DNA from: Sphyrna mokarran | Lineage: Eukaryota | Length of the DNA stretch: 64,000 nucleotides | Assembly: GCA_024679065.1 (NCBI GenBank) | Contig: JAGIQG010000002.1 | Coordinates: 116,622,001 to 116,686,000 of the forward strand | Direction of reading: 5' to 3' | Part shown: positions 1 to 13,274 of the stretch, one piece after another | Numbering within the stretch: the first letter of the stretch is position 1 | How the letters are laid out: each line of letters opens with the position of its first letter | Notes under the pieces: model-generated | The model's database searches: none | What the model was told of the DNA's origin: nothing | Seen by the model: the letters and a program-made list of their open reading frames with translations, nothing else | Translations under genes and position numbers: made by a program

Positions 1-594
1 TGAAATTGAAATTTTTCATTGCTTGCCTAGCATCACACCTTTTAGCCTCATTTTTCAGGCTACTGTAGTCAATTCACTCATTGTACGCTTGCAATTAATT
101 TTGTTTAAATTGAAGACCCCAGTTTTGGATTTAACACCTTTTCTTTCAATAGTTCAGCACTATTGTTCTTCACTAGATGCTAAATTTAATTAATTACTTG
201 TGCATTAATTAGTCTCCATCAGTTGGATACATAAAAGCTTCGGAAACTCAGGATTTAAATTTGTGTATATTTTACATTTATATTCATTCCTATCATGAAA
301 TATATGACATGTTTATTAATCCATTGAGGTAGCTTAAAACGAACACATCCACTTCATTTAGTGTAGATAGTCAGTTTAATCTGAATGAAAGTATGACATT
401 TGTCATAAATTTTGATTGGGATATGTGCTATTCTAAGGGAGGGAGCATAATGATTTAAAGCCTTTGCAAATTTGATCAATAATCAATTGGAAAAGTGTTC
501 ATTGAGATTACTGGATAGTTCTACCTCAAAACACTGCTATTGTTGTTTCGGGAAAAGCAACATTAACAAAAATGATGCCTTTGTACTCATATAG

Positions 595-738
595 AGGAAA
601 ATCCAGAGTCATCACCTGGTCACATTTCCCCCAAAATTGCTCTGGTCCCACCTGTTCTCAGGCGAATGCCATCCGATAAAGATGGACAGAGCAGTCCTCC
701 TTTCAGTGGACCCAGCAACTGGTCATCTTCACATGAAG
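595..738 (+). CDS. CARMIL1: CARMIL1 (LRRC16A) near-terminal coding exon, phase 1-1
   Basis: Acceptor ...tactcatatag| and donor GAAG|gtaggc. Translates (E)ENPESSPGHISPKIALVPPVLRRMPSDKDGQSSPPFSGPSNWSSSHE, resembling the recalled mammalian CARMIL1 segment SPKVALLPPVLKKVPSDKERDGQSSP. Frame joins correctly to the last exon. Confidence 0.9.
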
Positions 739-1936
739 GTAGGCTCACACTACTTAATGTAAGGCAAGGGGGATTTAAAGAAATCCTGAAGTCAGAGGGG
801 AGGGAGAACTGCTTCAATACTTTACTGAAGTACAATTGAGCAATACAGCAGACAGTTAACTCTTCAATCCCAATGAGCAGGTCTGTCACCATACCAGTAC
901 CCCAAGCGAACTAGACCAGATATTCTACCACTATGTAAGAAGAAGAACTCTCAGTATTGAGTTTATGAATGTGAAGGCATATTTATGTAAAGAAAACTTG
1001 AAAAAAAACTTCCGTGATTTATCAAAAATGCACCAGTTTGTTCTATCTGGTACCAATTGGAGATTGGTAGGGTTCTACTACTTGTTGGCTTGAAGAGTTA
1101 TAAAATAGTGGCACACAATAGCAAAAAGTTTATAAAAAGGTTTAATCGTAACAATTTTGATATGCAAATGTAGTTTGTATTAATGCTTAATTCTATATTT
1201 GTCAATAATACTTTTCTTTAGTAATTGCAATTGTGTGAACCACTGCAATGTGTAAACCACCTTGCATGCATTTTACATAGTCACAACATGCAATTGGAAT
1301 AGTCATAAAATGTCTTTCATCGTGTATTTCATTTGTTTGTCTCCATAAACTGAAGCAAAAGTAAATTTACAAAAGAAACAAATTGTGTAATAAAGCTCAT
1401 CATTTCTGCACTAGGATCTCTTGTGAGGTTTTGTGATAAATTAAAATCTACTTTGCATCAGCAAAATGTTATGCACTTAAATGTCAGAACAACTCTAATT
1501 CAGTAGTATCAGTCATCTACACAAATGTCCCTATATTGTTTTAAACTTTTGGAACAGTATTTAAGTAGTGACATAAGCAAAACTATTTTATGTTCAACAT
1601 TGAACACTGATGTCCAGATGCTTGGCAGTATATATCTCATTGAGGCTGGAAAAGATTAATTGTATTACATTACAAATCAGAAAGAGAAATTCTCAGTTTT
1701 CTAGAATGTTGCTAAAATGAAATTTAATTCTGTGCATTTAAATTTATGTTTTGATATTCAAAACAAGAAGCAGGAAACTCATTTTTTTATACATTCTTAA
1801 ATCAAAAACTTTTGGACATGCAAAAAGTGTGCTAAAGGTCAATAAATACCTTCTTCAGGTTTATTTTGTGCTGCTCCAATATGCATTGAATGTATGTATG
1901 AAGTAAAGATTAAAAAGTGCCCTTTTTCCCTGGTAG

Positions 1937-2089
1937 AGCTATTTGGACTTGATAGTAGAGCTGACACAGAACATGATAATGAAATGGCAAAAAATGGAGC
2001 ACGTGTCAAAAGAACACTGAGGCAATCTTCAACTGGCGCAGTGAATGATGCAAGCGAGATTGAGCGCAAGAAATCACAGCCAATAACTG
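1937..2089 (+). CDS. CARMIL1: Probable CARMIL1 cassette exon (153 nt, symmetric phase 1-1)
   Basis: Acceptor cctttttccctggtag| and donor CTG|gtcaga. Open frame (E)LFGLDSRADTEHDNEMAKNGARVKRTLRQSSTGAVNDASEIERKKSQPIT is in phase with both flanking exons and retains CpGs. Confidence 0.65.
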
Positions 2090-3312
2090 GTCAGAATTTT
2101 TGCCTTCCTGGAGTGGTGGTGGGTGAAGTTGGCACCAGCAAGTATACAATTTATTTAAAGACATCCATACAAACTAATAACAGGTGCATATATGGAGTAC
2201 AAATTACAGAACTCTTACCTATGGTACCTAATTATCTGACTAGATTTGGGCTCATGGCATTTTCACATTGAAAACCTACTAAAGGTATGAGTTGGGCTCC
2301 TGTAGCATGGATGCAAAGCACAAGCCAGAAAATATGAGCATACATGCTGAAGAAGCATATCTCCAGTTGGCTTTAAAAACTCTTAGTTCTTCCATGACTA
2401 TTGAGTTCCAACTTGCATCTTAGTCACCCAACATACTGCAAGTTTGGAAGGAACTGGTCTGAGTCACTGCACAATGATCTTAAGCCAGTTAGGTTGTTGT
2501 GTTTGATTCAGAGCAACAAAGGAGTCCAATTTAGAAAAGATAGTATCATCTGTTCATGAGTGGCACAGACTGTAAATGCATTTTTGTTATTGGATTGCTA
2601 TAAATTTGCTGGTGCCATTTTAATGCTTGGAGGCAAACCTCGTAATTGAAAGCTGTAGTATCCCATTCCCTGTCTTATGTTCATTTTCATAGTCAAGCAA
2701 ACTGTGGCATTTATATGCTGAGGATTTCTTTATTACCAAGACTTTTGTTAAGTTTGGATAAAATTAGCATTCTTTTTAAACATTTGGAATGATTACAGAA
2801 AATGTTATTTTGTTATGGCTAAGTTTCCAAAGGAAGCAGGGATAGGGATGCTACAGTTACAAAAGCTTTGCTTTGATGTTACTTCCTACAGTGGTGGTGA
2901 TGGCTTTATTTGGTTTTTGGATGAACAAAAAGTTTCAGATTCCACCAAACTGTTATGTTAACCACAAACCCTACCACTAGCATTTGTATATCATAACTTA
3001 AGCCTTCATTTCATTCATTGTGATCACAATGTGAATATAGACTGTGTGCTGTATTACCTGAATATATTAATTCAGGCTGATTAATGAATTCACTGCAAGA
3101 TATGTTTCCTCAGTTTGGGAATAAAGCTGCTTAATTTGCTACCACTTTGGTATATCTGCACCTTCCCTTTGGCCTTTCCGATGTGTATAAACCTTTTGTC
3201 TTCTATAGCTTTGGAACATTTGACGTCTGATTGTAAAGAGATTGGGTAACTTTTAATGAAGGCTACAGGAACTTACACAATTCCTTGCTCAGAAGAGGCT
3301 GAAGTACTGGTT

Positions 3313-3518
3313 AAAAGCAAATTACTGGGGATGCTGGAATCTGAAACAAAAACAGAAAATGCTGAAAAATCTCAGCAGGTCTGACAGCATTTGTGAAGAG
3401 AGAATAGAGCTAAACTTTTCAAGTCTGAATGAATCTTCATCAGTGTTCATAAGAGCTTGAAATGTTAGCTTTGTTGTCCATAGATACTGCCAAACCCACT
3501 GAGATTTTTGTTCTTGTT
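3313..3518. mobile_element. Family B foldback mini-element with hammerhead motif
   Basis: 15-bp TSD gctgaagtactggtt / gctaaagtattggtt (13/15). Tail aaaagcaaattactggggatgctggaatctga. - strand CTGATGA-A-GATTC(attca)GACTT-GAAA at 3417-3443. Confidence 0.8.
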
Positions 3519-4424
3519 GCTAAAGTATTGGTTGGCCATGTGGACACATGCCCATGTTAATTTATCCGATCCTTAAGTTTATGATTTTTTTCAGATTGTG
3601 GTGATGATTTGCTGGATTTTGTTCATTTTTTTGCTGATTTTTGTTCTTCTTGGAGGAACAGGAAGAGTCCCTGAAACCTGTACTGCCACGCAACTAGATT
3701 ATGGCTATTTAAACCTTTAACTCCATTTACCTGTCTTGGCTCCATATCTGTTGATGTTATTATGCACAAAATCTCACCTTTGTATACTGATTCTTTGCTT
3801 GATTATAGTTCAGTATGAACTTGGCAATCTTTGCCTAGGTGGTTGCATCTATGTTTGGTTCTGCGTATCAACTCAATATTCAGTTGTAGAAGAGAACTTC
3901 TACTCTTCACTCAATGTTCAAACACTTAGCCAGTTTAATTGGCTAGTGATCTACAGCAGGAACCATAACTGATTTTCTGCTACCCAGCATGAATTATCTG
4001 AGACCAATGACAGAATGCCTACTGATTCTGATTAAAACCAGCAACTCAGGACAAATTGGAGTCTAATCTATAGGGTTAGGTCAAATCATCTGGGTCTGCA
4101 AAAAAGCCAAATGCCAAAACTCCTTAATAAATTTTAAGCTCAGAATTGAAAGAAATGTAAAAGACTGATTGGAACAAGTGGTTGGTTCATCTACAAAATA
4201 CGATCCATTTTTAAAAAAATTATTATTTATATTTTCAAACTCTACATATAAAAACAGGCAGGGAAAAAATCAATTCAAAAGGTGAAATTTATGAATAGCA
4301 GTCCGGTAACTACATCCATTCTGCTGTTGCAATATTTCAATCCATTTCATACCAACTGTTCTTTTTCTCCCAATGATACCAGTGTTTGCAATTGAGGTTT
4401 GCAATCATCTGAGGTTGGTCAGAT

Positions 4425-4915
4425 TTTTTAAAATTTACTCATTCACAGAATATGGGCATTGCTGGCCAGGCCAGCAATTATTGCCCATTCCTCATTGCCC
4501 TTCAGAAGGTAGTGGTTAGCCATGTTCTTGAACTGCTGCAGTCGATGTAGAGTAGGCCCACAGTGCTGTTAGGAAGGGAGATCCAAGATTTTGATGCAGC
4601 AACAGTAAAGGAACAGTGATATATTTCAATGTCAGGATGTCTTTGAAATATATGTGACTTGGATGGGAGCTTCCAAGTGGTTGCATTCCCATTCATCTAC
4701 TTCCCTTGTCCTTCTAGGCAGTCAAGGTTGTGGGTTTGAGAGGAGTCTGGGAAAGTTACTGCAGTCATTTATCAGCTCAAGCTTGAACATTGCTCAGGTC
4801 TTTGCTGCAGACTGCTGCAGTATCCGGGAGGTCATAAGTGGTGCTCATCATTTTGCAATCATCAGCAAACATTGCCAATTCTAAATTTATGATGCTGGGA
4901 AGGTCACTGATGAAG
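4425..4915 (-). mobile_element. L2/CR1-group LINE 3' fragment
   Basis: Reverse complement of the same 3' tail (gggcaataattgctggcc...gaatgag) as at 38085-39160 and 62455-62525. Confidence 0.7.
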
Positions 4916-6083
4916 ATAGCTTTTGTGATCTCTAGGTTTTAAATTTCTTCGTAGCATATTGGAGTGTCTGTAGAAGTTCTTTCTTTCATTTGCAGATAAA
5001 AATAGAGTCTGCATACATATATTCTGAAGTCACTGTATAGTTTACTCTCAGGAGAACATATTGGCTGATTTTGGCTGTTGGGGTATGTAGATGCTCACTC
5101 ATGGAAAAGCTCTGAGAGGAGGACAGGCGAATTTAGTGACAGTACCTGAATTCAAATAGATTAGCAGAATGTCAAATGTTCGTTCTGCATAGCAAATTAA
5201 TCTTGTACAGTTGGTTCCTTTTGAGGGAATTTTAAAAACCATTGTTAACTTGTGATGATAGGACAGATTGGCTTATTCTCCTCTGTTGTCCTGTGAATGT
5301 GGAAGATGTGTCTGGGTCATGAGACTTCCAGCAAGTGCCTCAAACACTAGGTAGAACTTTCATTAACACATTTGTTCTGAGTTAAGTGGATGCTGCAGCT
5401 GACAAAGAAGTGCTCTAGCCTAAATAGAGAATAGACTCACTAGGCTTGAAATGGTTCTACAATAACATAGGACAAAGAGCAGCATGTCTTTATCATTTAC
5501 CTTTCTGCAACAATCGGAGGGTGATTTGTAAAACATCTATGGTGTTTGATACAATGAGTGAATAGACTTTGATGCATGTGAAAATATGAATATCTCACTC
5601 CATGTCATTTTTTTAATGCCTTCACCTAGTGGTTTGGGATTGCATCTTGGCATTTGTGTTCCCAAGTTTCATTTGGCCTGTGTTTTTTGTTTCATTTGGA
5701 GAGGAAATTGGTACATTGAGCAGAGATCAGATTTGAAGTTGTTTATCAGGGACGGTGGACACGGTTTTAGAGCAATCAGCTTATGGTCAACTCTTTTGAG
5801 ATATTGACCCAGCGAGGAATAATCTTTTAGCACTGCTGTTTGATATAGCATTAGAGCTCTGGCAGAAACTTTAGACATTCTTAGTAAAAGTTAGAAGACT
5901 GAAGATATAGGGGGCGATCTTACCAAAAAATTCTAAATACCGATAGTGTGTGAAAACGGGAAAGTTATGGATCTATTTTTTTCAGCAAGAGAAAATTTAA
6001 AATCTTATCAGAACATAGGTAAAAAGAGGCAAAGTATGATTCTCATTAGTAGGGGGAATAGACAGAGTGCATTCATATACTGA

Positions 6084-6252
6084 GAGAATCATAGAATCCC
6101 TCAGTGCAAAAGGAGGCTATTCGGCCCATCCAGTCTGTACTGACCACAATCCCACCCTATCCCTGTAACCCCAAGTATTTATCCTATCAATCCCCTGATA
6201 CTAAGGGATAGTTTAGCATGGCCAATGCATCCAACCCACGTATCTTTGGACT
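6084..6252 (-). mobile_element. HE1-type SINE 3' half
   Basis: Reverse tail gaatcatagaatccct..ggaggctattcggcccat. Confidence 0.75.
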
Positions 6253-7814
6253 ATTCACGCAATTCATTGCTGACTGTCAGAGGGCGTTATTGCACATGCA
6301 CTTGATCTCCCAATGCACTAATGCACTCCAAGATCACAATAGACTCTTTTCAAGTTCCTCTGGACTGTTAAGAATCCAATCCTAATCTGAAATACAATTC
6401 CCTAACCCTGATGGAAGGTCATTAGGGATTCCTTTGAAACCTTGAATCTGGCCTGCCTTCTGAACATGGGACTGGATTAGCGGCTGAACCACTTTGCATT
6501 AGGACAGCGTAACTTTGTGGATCACCTTCACAGCGAAACAGACAAACCTCAAGAAAGGTTTATTGCACCCTGACAATCTCTACTCTCTCTTGAATCTGGC
6601 TGTCTGGGCGACTCCCAGTTGTATTGATAGTGGATTCTGAATCTGACACAAGGCCTAAAAATATTAAAAGTAAAAATGAAGATCGATATACTTGTATGGT
6701 GTTCTAAGTTATCATTTGCGAGTGTTTTAGATGAGATATTCAATCTAAATGTTTTGTTACGTGTGAGTGAATAGGGATGTGGAACCACGATGAGCAAATG
6801 GAGTTGAGACACAGATCAGCCACGAACTTGTCAAATGGCAACCAGGCTTGAGGACTGACCACTACTATGTTCCTAAATGAGTTGATGTTTCAGAGATAGA
6901 AACGACACAAATGTTCCAATTTGTTTGAATTCTGTTATAATTCATAGGGCAACTGTCATGAAGATGAGGCATATTGTTCTTCATACAATACATAATATAC
7001 TTTAATTTTTCAAACACATATATAAATTGCACTTCTTCAGAATTCATAAATTCATCCAAATACTAAAATAGAGCCACCTCATATTGACAGATGTTATATA
7101 AATTTAGTGGTCCAAGAACACAGTTTTGCCTTCTAAGATGATTTATATATTTTTCAAAATGAATGTCACAAAGCATTCTCAATAGCCTTTATCTTGGCAC
7201 AAATTTATTCTTTGTCTTGCCACAAATTTGCTTTTTTTTTTGTAACTTAATTTTGAATTTTCATTACATAACAAAAGCTATATCATATTAGACAAAAAAA
7301 ATTAAACATGATTGACATTAAAAAATATAACAGAATATTATAGCAACCTTTCGTAAATGTTGATAAAACTTAACATGGGATTGCACTCATTAGTAGTGAT
7401 GTCAAATTAAGATGAAGGATATTATGTTATATGTGCAATATATTGTGTTGACAAGGGGTAGTCATTGAGTTGTACAGCACAAATAACGCCCTTCAGCCCT
7501 ATGAATCTGCACTAATAATAACTACTACTGAAGTCGCATTAATCACAGGTTGAGGGGAGCCATGAAAGACCTTGTACTGCAGTTGGTTTAGAGCCAGAGA
7601 ACAAATTGTAGCATCTTCACCAGAAAAGATCTCACCAAATTTGTAGAGCTCCAAAGGATCAGAGCAGCAAAAGGAAATGAATATGTAGCGCAGACAGTAT
7701 AAAGCCTGGCAGGAAATTGGCACAGTTTGGCTTGCCACCACAGCCCAATCTAAATTTTCCTCCGCTGATGATGGGAAGGCCAAGCCAAGGCCTAAAATCC
7801 TCTCATTCCTCGTT

Positions 7815-8112
7815 GTGGCATGGTGGCACACTGGTTTGCACTGCTGCCTCACAACGCCAGGGACCCAGGTTCGATTCCCAGCTTGGGTCACTCTCTTTGT
7901 GGAGTTTGCATATTCTCCCCTGGGTCTGTGTGGGTTTCTTCTAGGTACTCCAGTTTCCTCCTATAGTCTGGAAGACATGCTGGTTAGTTGCATTGGACAT
8001 GCTAGATTCTTCCTCAGTGTACTCAAACAGGCACTGTCGTGTGGCAACTAGGGGATTTTCACACTAACTTCATTGCAGTGTTAATGTTAGCATACTATGA
8101 CTAATAAATAAA
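7815..8112 (+). mobile_element. tRNA-derived V-SINE (HE1-like) with AATA-type tail
   Basis: A box tggcacactgg, B box ggttcgattcc, V core tgtggagtttgcatattctcccc; tail cttcattgcagtgttaatg...ctaataaataaa. Confidence 0.85.
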
Positions 8113-8795
8113 TTTTACTTCCTTCTTCAGTGATGAACCTGGTAAGCAACAGCAGAATGCCTTTTGGTGTGGCTAATAAAGCCCTGTTACCTGGATGATA
8201 GGTTCATATCTTAGTGTACCTGCAAATGATTCCTTACCCAGGAGTCTGGGCCAGGATATCCTGTGCTCAATGCAAATATAAAATAGGAGCAAGAAATGAA
8301 GATCATTTGGTATATTCACTTTATTAAAAGAATTCAGTCATGGAACTGTGATTCAAAAAAAAAGCAGAAGATGCTAAAAATACACAGCAGATTTATCAGC
8401 ATTTTAACAAAGATCCCAAGTTAAAATGTTGGGTATTGATCCTTCATCCAGTTGTTCCCATCAAAATGAATATTTCTATCCAAAATATTAAACTGTCATT
8501 TTTTTTTTTGTTTCAGCTGCTTTGTATTTTTAACATTGGCATCGTGAAGGGAACATGTGTATTAGTTGGATTGGCATTGCTTAAATTTATGTTGTTCCCA
8601 GATTTGCACATACCTTGTGTTTGTTTTTTTTTCATGTTCTTGATGTATTATTGCTATTTATATTTGAGGCTGAGAAGTAACTACTATTAAAAGTTGCCAG
8701 AACCCCTCCATTCCTAAGAGGCAGTTCATACTAAGACATGCTACCATCTCCCACTTGCAGAAGTTTATGGGAGGCTAGCCAGAAATGTAAATCTA

Positions 8796-10490
8796 GGGCC
8801 ATGCCGATCCCAAAAGATAGTGCGTGGATCTAAAACTCGGCTTCACACCCGACGCAAAAGTTTGCAATCATCCCTGCCCCTTTCTAATGGCATGAGTCCA
8901 ATTAGCATATTTAAAGTAGAATTTAAACATGTACAGCCCATTCAAAACCCAGTGCATGGAATCTTCCAGCCTTTGGGCACTGCGTGATCTGGCACGATGT
9001 TCACACACTCTGAGAATATTAAGGCTCCTGGGTGGTTGGGGACGTAGCTAGGCAGTGTCTATTGAGCAGTGCCCGCTAGGTACCTCAGCACTCCAGTTGG
9101 GCACTGCTTGTGTGCCAGGAGGTGGGGACTGGATGGGAGATAAGTGGGCAGGATTGTGCAAGGGTAGATCATGATGGCAGTCAGTCAAGGGGACTCACAG
9201 GAAGGATCCAATGTGGGCAACCCGTGTTCAGAGATGTGAAATATGCCACCAATGAGGAGGAGTGGGTCCTAATGTCCATGGAGAGTGGGAGAGAATTTCC
9301 CAGTGCACTTAGAGATAAGGATGCCCTTATAGAACAGTGCCTGAGCATTCTGAAGCCAGGCTCACCATTTTATTAAGGCTGCGTTTCTCCAACTTCCCCA
9401 GTATTGGTGCAAAGCTCCCAACTCTCCAAAGAAATGAGTGAGTGTGGGAAGATTACGGTGCGGAGCGCACCTGAGAGACCGGTGTAGATTCACTTTGTTA
9501 TTCTCGCTGTTATCTTTCACATAGGGAGGAATTTTTCCAGAACATTTCTAAGTGTCATAACAACGAGAAACATGATGTGAATCATGCTGGGCTCTGAGCG
9601 AGCTCCGTATCGCAATCCTTCTGCATTCATTTTATTGTAGAGTTGGGAGCTTGCCGCCAGTACGGGGAAGTGGTGGTGATGGGGGGGAGCAGAGGGAACT
9701 TAAACATGCTGGTGAAATCAGCTTCAGAGCAGTGTGCTGTGTTGTTGTAAACAACAGCCCAATCTCATGGCTCACGGTGCACAGCCCACCACTCTCAGAC
9801 ATTGGGTCCTCTTTTCCTCACCCGTCCGACCCACCTACATCAGCAACATATCCTCTCCTCGCCCTGACACTGGTCATCTGCACCAGGACTATCCCACTAG
9901 GTCCCCTGTCTGACCCCGACATGCCACCCCCTATATTTCCTCAGCTATTCCCCCTCATCATTGTGACCTTTGACATGCCCTACCCCCCTATCATGACCCC
10001 CTTTGCGATTCACCCCTACGTGACTCACCCTTATAAGACTCCCCTGCATGTGTTCCTCCTCCCCTCCGGCATTGCCGCCCTACTTACCTGGCATGCTGAT
10101 GCTGCCTGATATCCACTGCCGGGGTGTCTGGTGGGCACTGCCGGGGTGTCAGGTAGGCGCAGCCTGACTTGCAGTGTCCACCATGCCCCCCCGCCATCAC
10201 CTGCCCCAGCGTGACCAGTTCGCCAGGTCTGCAGTAGTGTTTCACAGTGGACATTGCATCTCGTCAGGGAGATGGGAGACATGCATGGTGAACTCCCTAA
10301 CGGTATTGAAATCCAGCCAATCTCATGCTAATGAACTTCACATCCTTCCTGGGCATGAAGCATTCACACTCCTTGGAAGAAGCCAGGTAGATCAGAAGTT
10401 TTTCTTTTGCGCTAGGTGCGAATCAAATTTTTAGCTTAGCATGCTATTTTCCCTGACGGCCTAGCGCAGCAAGGTCGTAAAATTGTGCCC
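8796..10490. mobile_element. Probable Harbinger-type non-autonomous element(s) in the CARMIL1 intron
   Basis: Begins GGG and ends gtaaaattgtgccc; flanks cta / tta resemble a 3-bp TWA TSD; G-rich then C-rich interior. May be composite. Confidence 0.4.
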
Positions 10491-11122
10491 TTAACTTTTT
10501 GGGGAGAAGATTCCACTCGTTATTTTAAGTGGGACGGATGTGTCACAGATATCTGTAGCTGCTGACTTACTCCACCTGGTGGCCGTCACTTAAAGCACAT
10601 GTGTGATACTGTCCTGATGAGTAATGCTCTGTTTATGATTGTGAGCTTATGGAGGTTAACTGCCAGCTTCCAAAATTCTCTCCAGCATGTTTGAAGTATC
10701 TCCCTATTCATGATTTTGGCTCTAAATTCTTCAAATATGCAAAAACTTAATCTAGTTTCCATCTGGAGAAATGTGTTGTTATTAGTATCAAGCTGATGTG
10801 TATTCATTGCACACTGAGTGATTGTGGCAAATTTACAGGTTTCAATTGATTTAACAGATTGTCTCTTCAGCATTTGAAATCCAGCCACTGAATGGTGTTT
10901 TTCTTTTTTGAATTGAATAGTTGGACAAGAATGTATTTTAAAACTTCAGTTGCTTTACAACAAGGCTCTATAACCATCTGTGTCTTTCGATGTAAAACTC
11001 AAGCGTTCTGAACATGTTCCCGTGAACAATTTGTGACTTCATGTACCTGTTGTGTCTTCTGCTTTCCCTGTTTTGATGTGTTTTAAAATAACCTCTTCTC
11101 CGTTGTTATTAAAAATCACCAG

Positions 11123-11331
11123 TACGCCAAAGTTCTGTGTCAGAAACAAGTTCCAGACAAAGCCCACGCTCTGAAGAGGTCAAACCAGGCCGATTTTCTG
11201 AGGACCAGGAGTTGCGAGGGAAAGAGAAAATGTCCAAGAGAGAGCGGCAGCATTCGAAAACCGAGGGGAAGAATGGCAGCAAGTCCAGCGATTCTGGAGA
11301 GGAAGGCGACAAAGACTACATATTTGTATAG
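11123..11331 (+). CDS. CARMIL1: CARMIL1 last coding exon
   Basis: Acceptor ...aaaaatcaccag| gives G+TA = Val in frame. Ends GSKSSDSGEEGDKDYIFV*, matching the recalled CARMIL1 C-terminus GSKSNDSGEEAEKEFIFV. SCGN follows downstream as in mammals. Confidence 0.92.
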
Positions 11332-12770
11332 AGATTTTTGGGTTGGGAGGTTGCGCAGCACCAGAGCACACAATGATACAAGCAATCAGGGTGTAATGAT
11401 GATCTGATTGGTTTCTATTCACCAGCCAACTATCAAATTAATACTTTATAAAAATTGGAAAATGAATTTTTAAATTTCTGGCTTTCAAAACAATCAATTT
11501 TTAAAAACTCGATTGTTTATTGCATTTATTTACTGCATGCACAATATTTTACTTTTATTCCTGTGATTCCAATCTCTTCCCTTAATCATTCTTCTCTGCT
11601 TCCCATCTCTGACAAATTAACATTCCTTTTTATTTTTGCTACCATGCTTGCAAATGTTGGCATTTTTTTTTTCTCATGTACTGGAATTCTGTAAAGCAGC
11701 TGTGTGGAATACGTGTCTTGTACAAAGACATTGTAAACCAAGCAACCAAACTGGAAACTGTTTAGGGTCAGCTTAAATAGAATGGGGAGAAAGTTTACGG
11801 ATGTAATCCTGTATGCTTGTATGTGTGTGTGTGTGTATGTGTGTGTATCAGATGTGCACGCAAGATGTAATCCTGTATGCAATTGAGCAAAGTAATGATA
11901 CTAACTGAGCACACTAAATAAATACATTTGTGTAATTTATTATAAATAAGAGCTTGGATAAAGATTTGTAATGCTCTAGCAGGGCATCTTTTGTCCCCCA
12001 GGTGTACAAATAGTCCATTTCAGATTATTAAATCTGTTTTCATAAACATTGCCATAAGCACAATGAGCAAGACTATGTGGGGATGGTGGGTCCATCATGT
12101 GGGGTGTAACTTTTAGCAGTTTCATGCTAATGGACTGTTAGAACAGGGAAGTTTATTTTTATGTTAATCATTAGGCTAACTGATGATCTGTTTATCTACC
12201 CACTTTTACATCTGAAATTAATTAATCATTTATGCCTTCCAGTGGCCTATATTGCTCACTGTTAGTTCCAGTGTAGAGGGGATTTCTTTCTGTATATATT
12301 TGTACCAATAAAGAGAATGATTCTAAAGTTCTGTTGCCATTGTATTAATGCATTCTGTAGCAGTTTATCAATACATGTTGCATTGGTTTTATCTTTGTAT
12401 CGTAACGAAGGTGATTATGGTCACAGCATTCAATCCCAGTGAACAAAATGCAGGATCTGAATTGAATAATAAGAGCAGGAATGACATTTGTTCATTTTGA
12501 GACTAAAATTGAGAATTATTTATGAGTAGTTTTCTGTGTATATAGTTTATCCTTCTAATTTGTACTTGTATATAAATATGCATTCTAGTTTTGGGTAATT
12601 TTCCACTTTCTTCCCTCTAATAATTCTGAATTTCTTTGCATCTAATATATGTGTTTTTACACCTTTTTTCATGTTGAATATGGATCCGAAGGTAGCAACG
12701 ATTGCAGTTGAGGTAAAATGAATATTTTATATTTCTTCAGTTAAGCAGGTAACTTGTGAATAAACCACTA
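11332..12770 (+). other. CARMIL1: Putative CARMIL1 3' UTR with candidate polyA signals
   Basis: AU-rich stretch lacking recognisable transposons. AATAAA at 11917, 12307 and 12759; TGTATATA motifs at 12291, 12537 and 12567. True 3' end unknown. Confidence 0.6.
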
Positions 12771-13274
12771 ATTCTGTGGCCAGAACTAATCAAATGTATG
12801 ATTAAAATCAGAAAGATGAAGAGAATTAAATTAACAAACTGAGATTTACAACGCAATGGACAGTCATTCTGCTCATTGTCTCTGTATTGTACTTTTTGAC
12901 CTTTTTTTCCATATAAAAGATTTGGAAATGAGTCATCTTTAAGTATAATGTATTTTGAAGTAGAATTAAAATACTAAAGAAGCTTGGCACTATTCAGGAT
13001 AAAACAGCCTGTTTGATTGTTATCCCATCAACCACTTTAAACATTAATTCTGTCCACTCTGGCATAGAATAACAGCAGTGTATCCAAGAGAAATACCACA
13101 GCAACATGCCAAGATTCCTTCAATAACATCTCCCAAATTCATGACCTGAACTCCCAATAAGAATATGGGTGCAAATCCATGATGTACTACCACCTGTAAG
13201 TTTCCCTCCAAACAATACAGTAACCTGACTTGAAACAACCATTCTCCCACTGTCACAAAGTGAATATCCTACTA

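Noticed and set aside
739-934. Read-through extension or extra exon after CARMIL1 exon 595-738
   Set aside because: The frame closes at TGA 837-839, and there is no pyrimidine-rich acceptor for the gtaaga donor-like site at 935; unsupported without RNA data.
1894-2271. 125-aa ORF as an independent gene
   Set aside because: Only the 1937-2089 part looks coding, and it is bounded by splice sites in phase with CARMIL1.
3313-3518. Foldback elements as DNA-transposon MITEs
   Set aside because: A one-sided tail outside the inverted repeat, long variable TSDs (12-15 bp) and homology of family A to a Penelope terminus argue for a retro origin.
7815-7885. tRNA gene (also at 29545, 39601, 63515)
   Set aside because: The A/B boxes are SINE heads continuing into SINE cores; no complete cloverleaf.
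8350-8532. Additional family B-like hammerhead copy (also 28950, 46545, 47975)
   Set aside because: Too degenerate to define arms, core or TSD with confidence.
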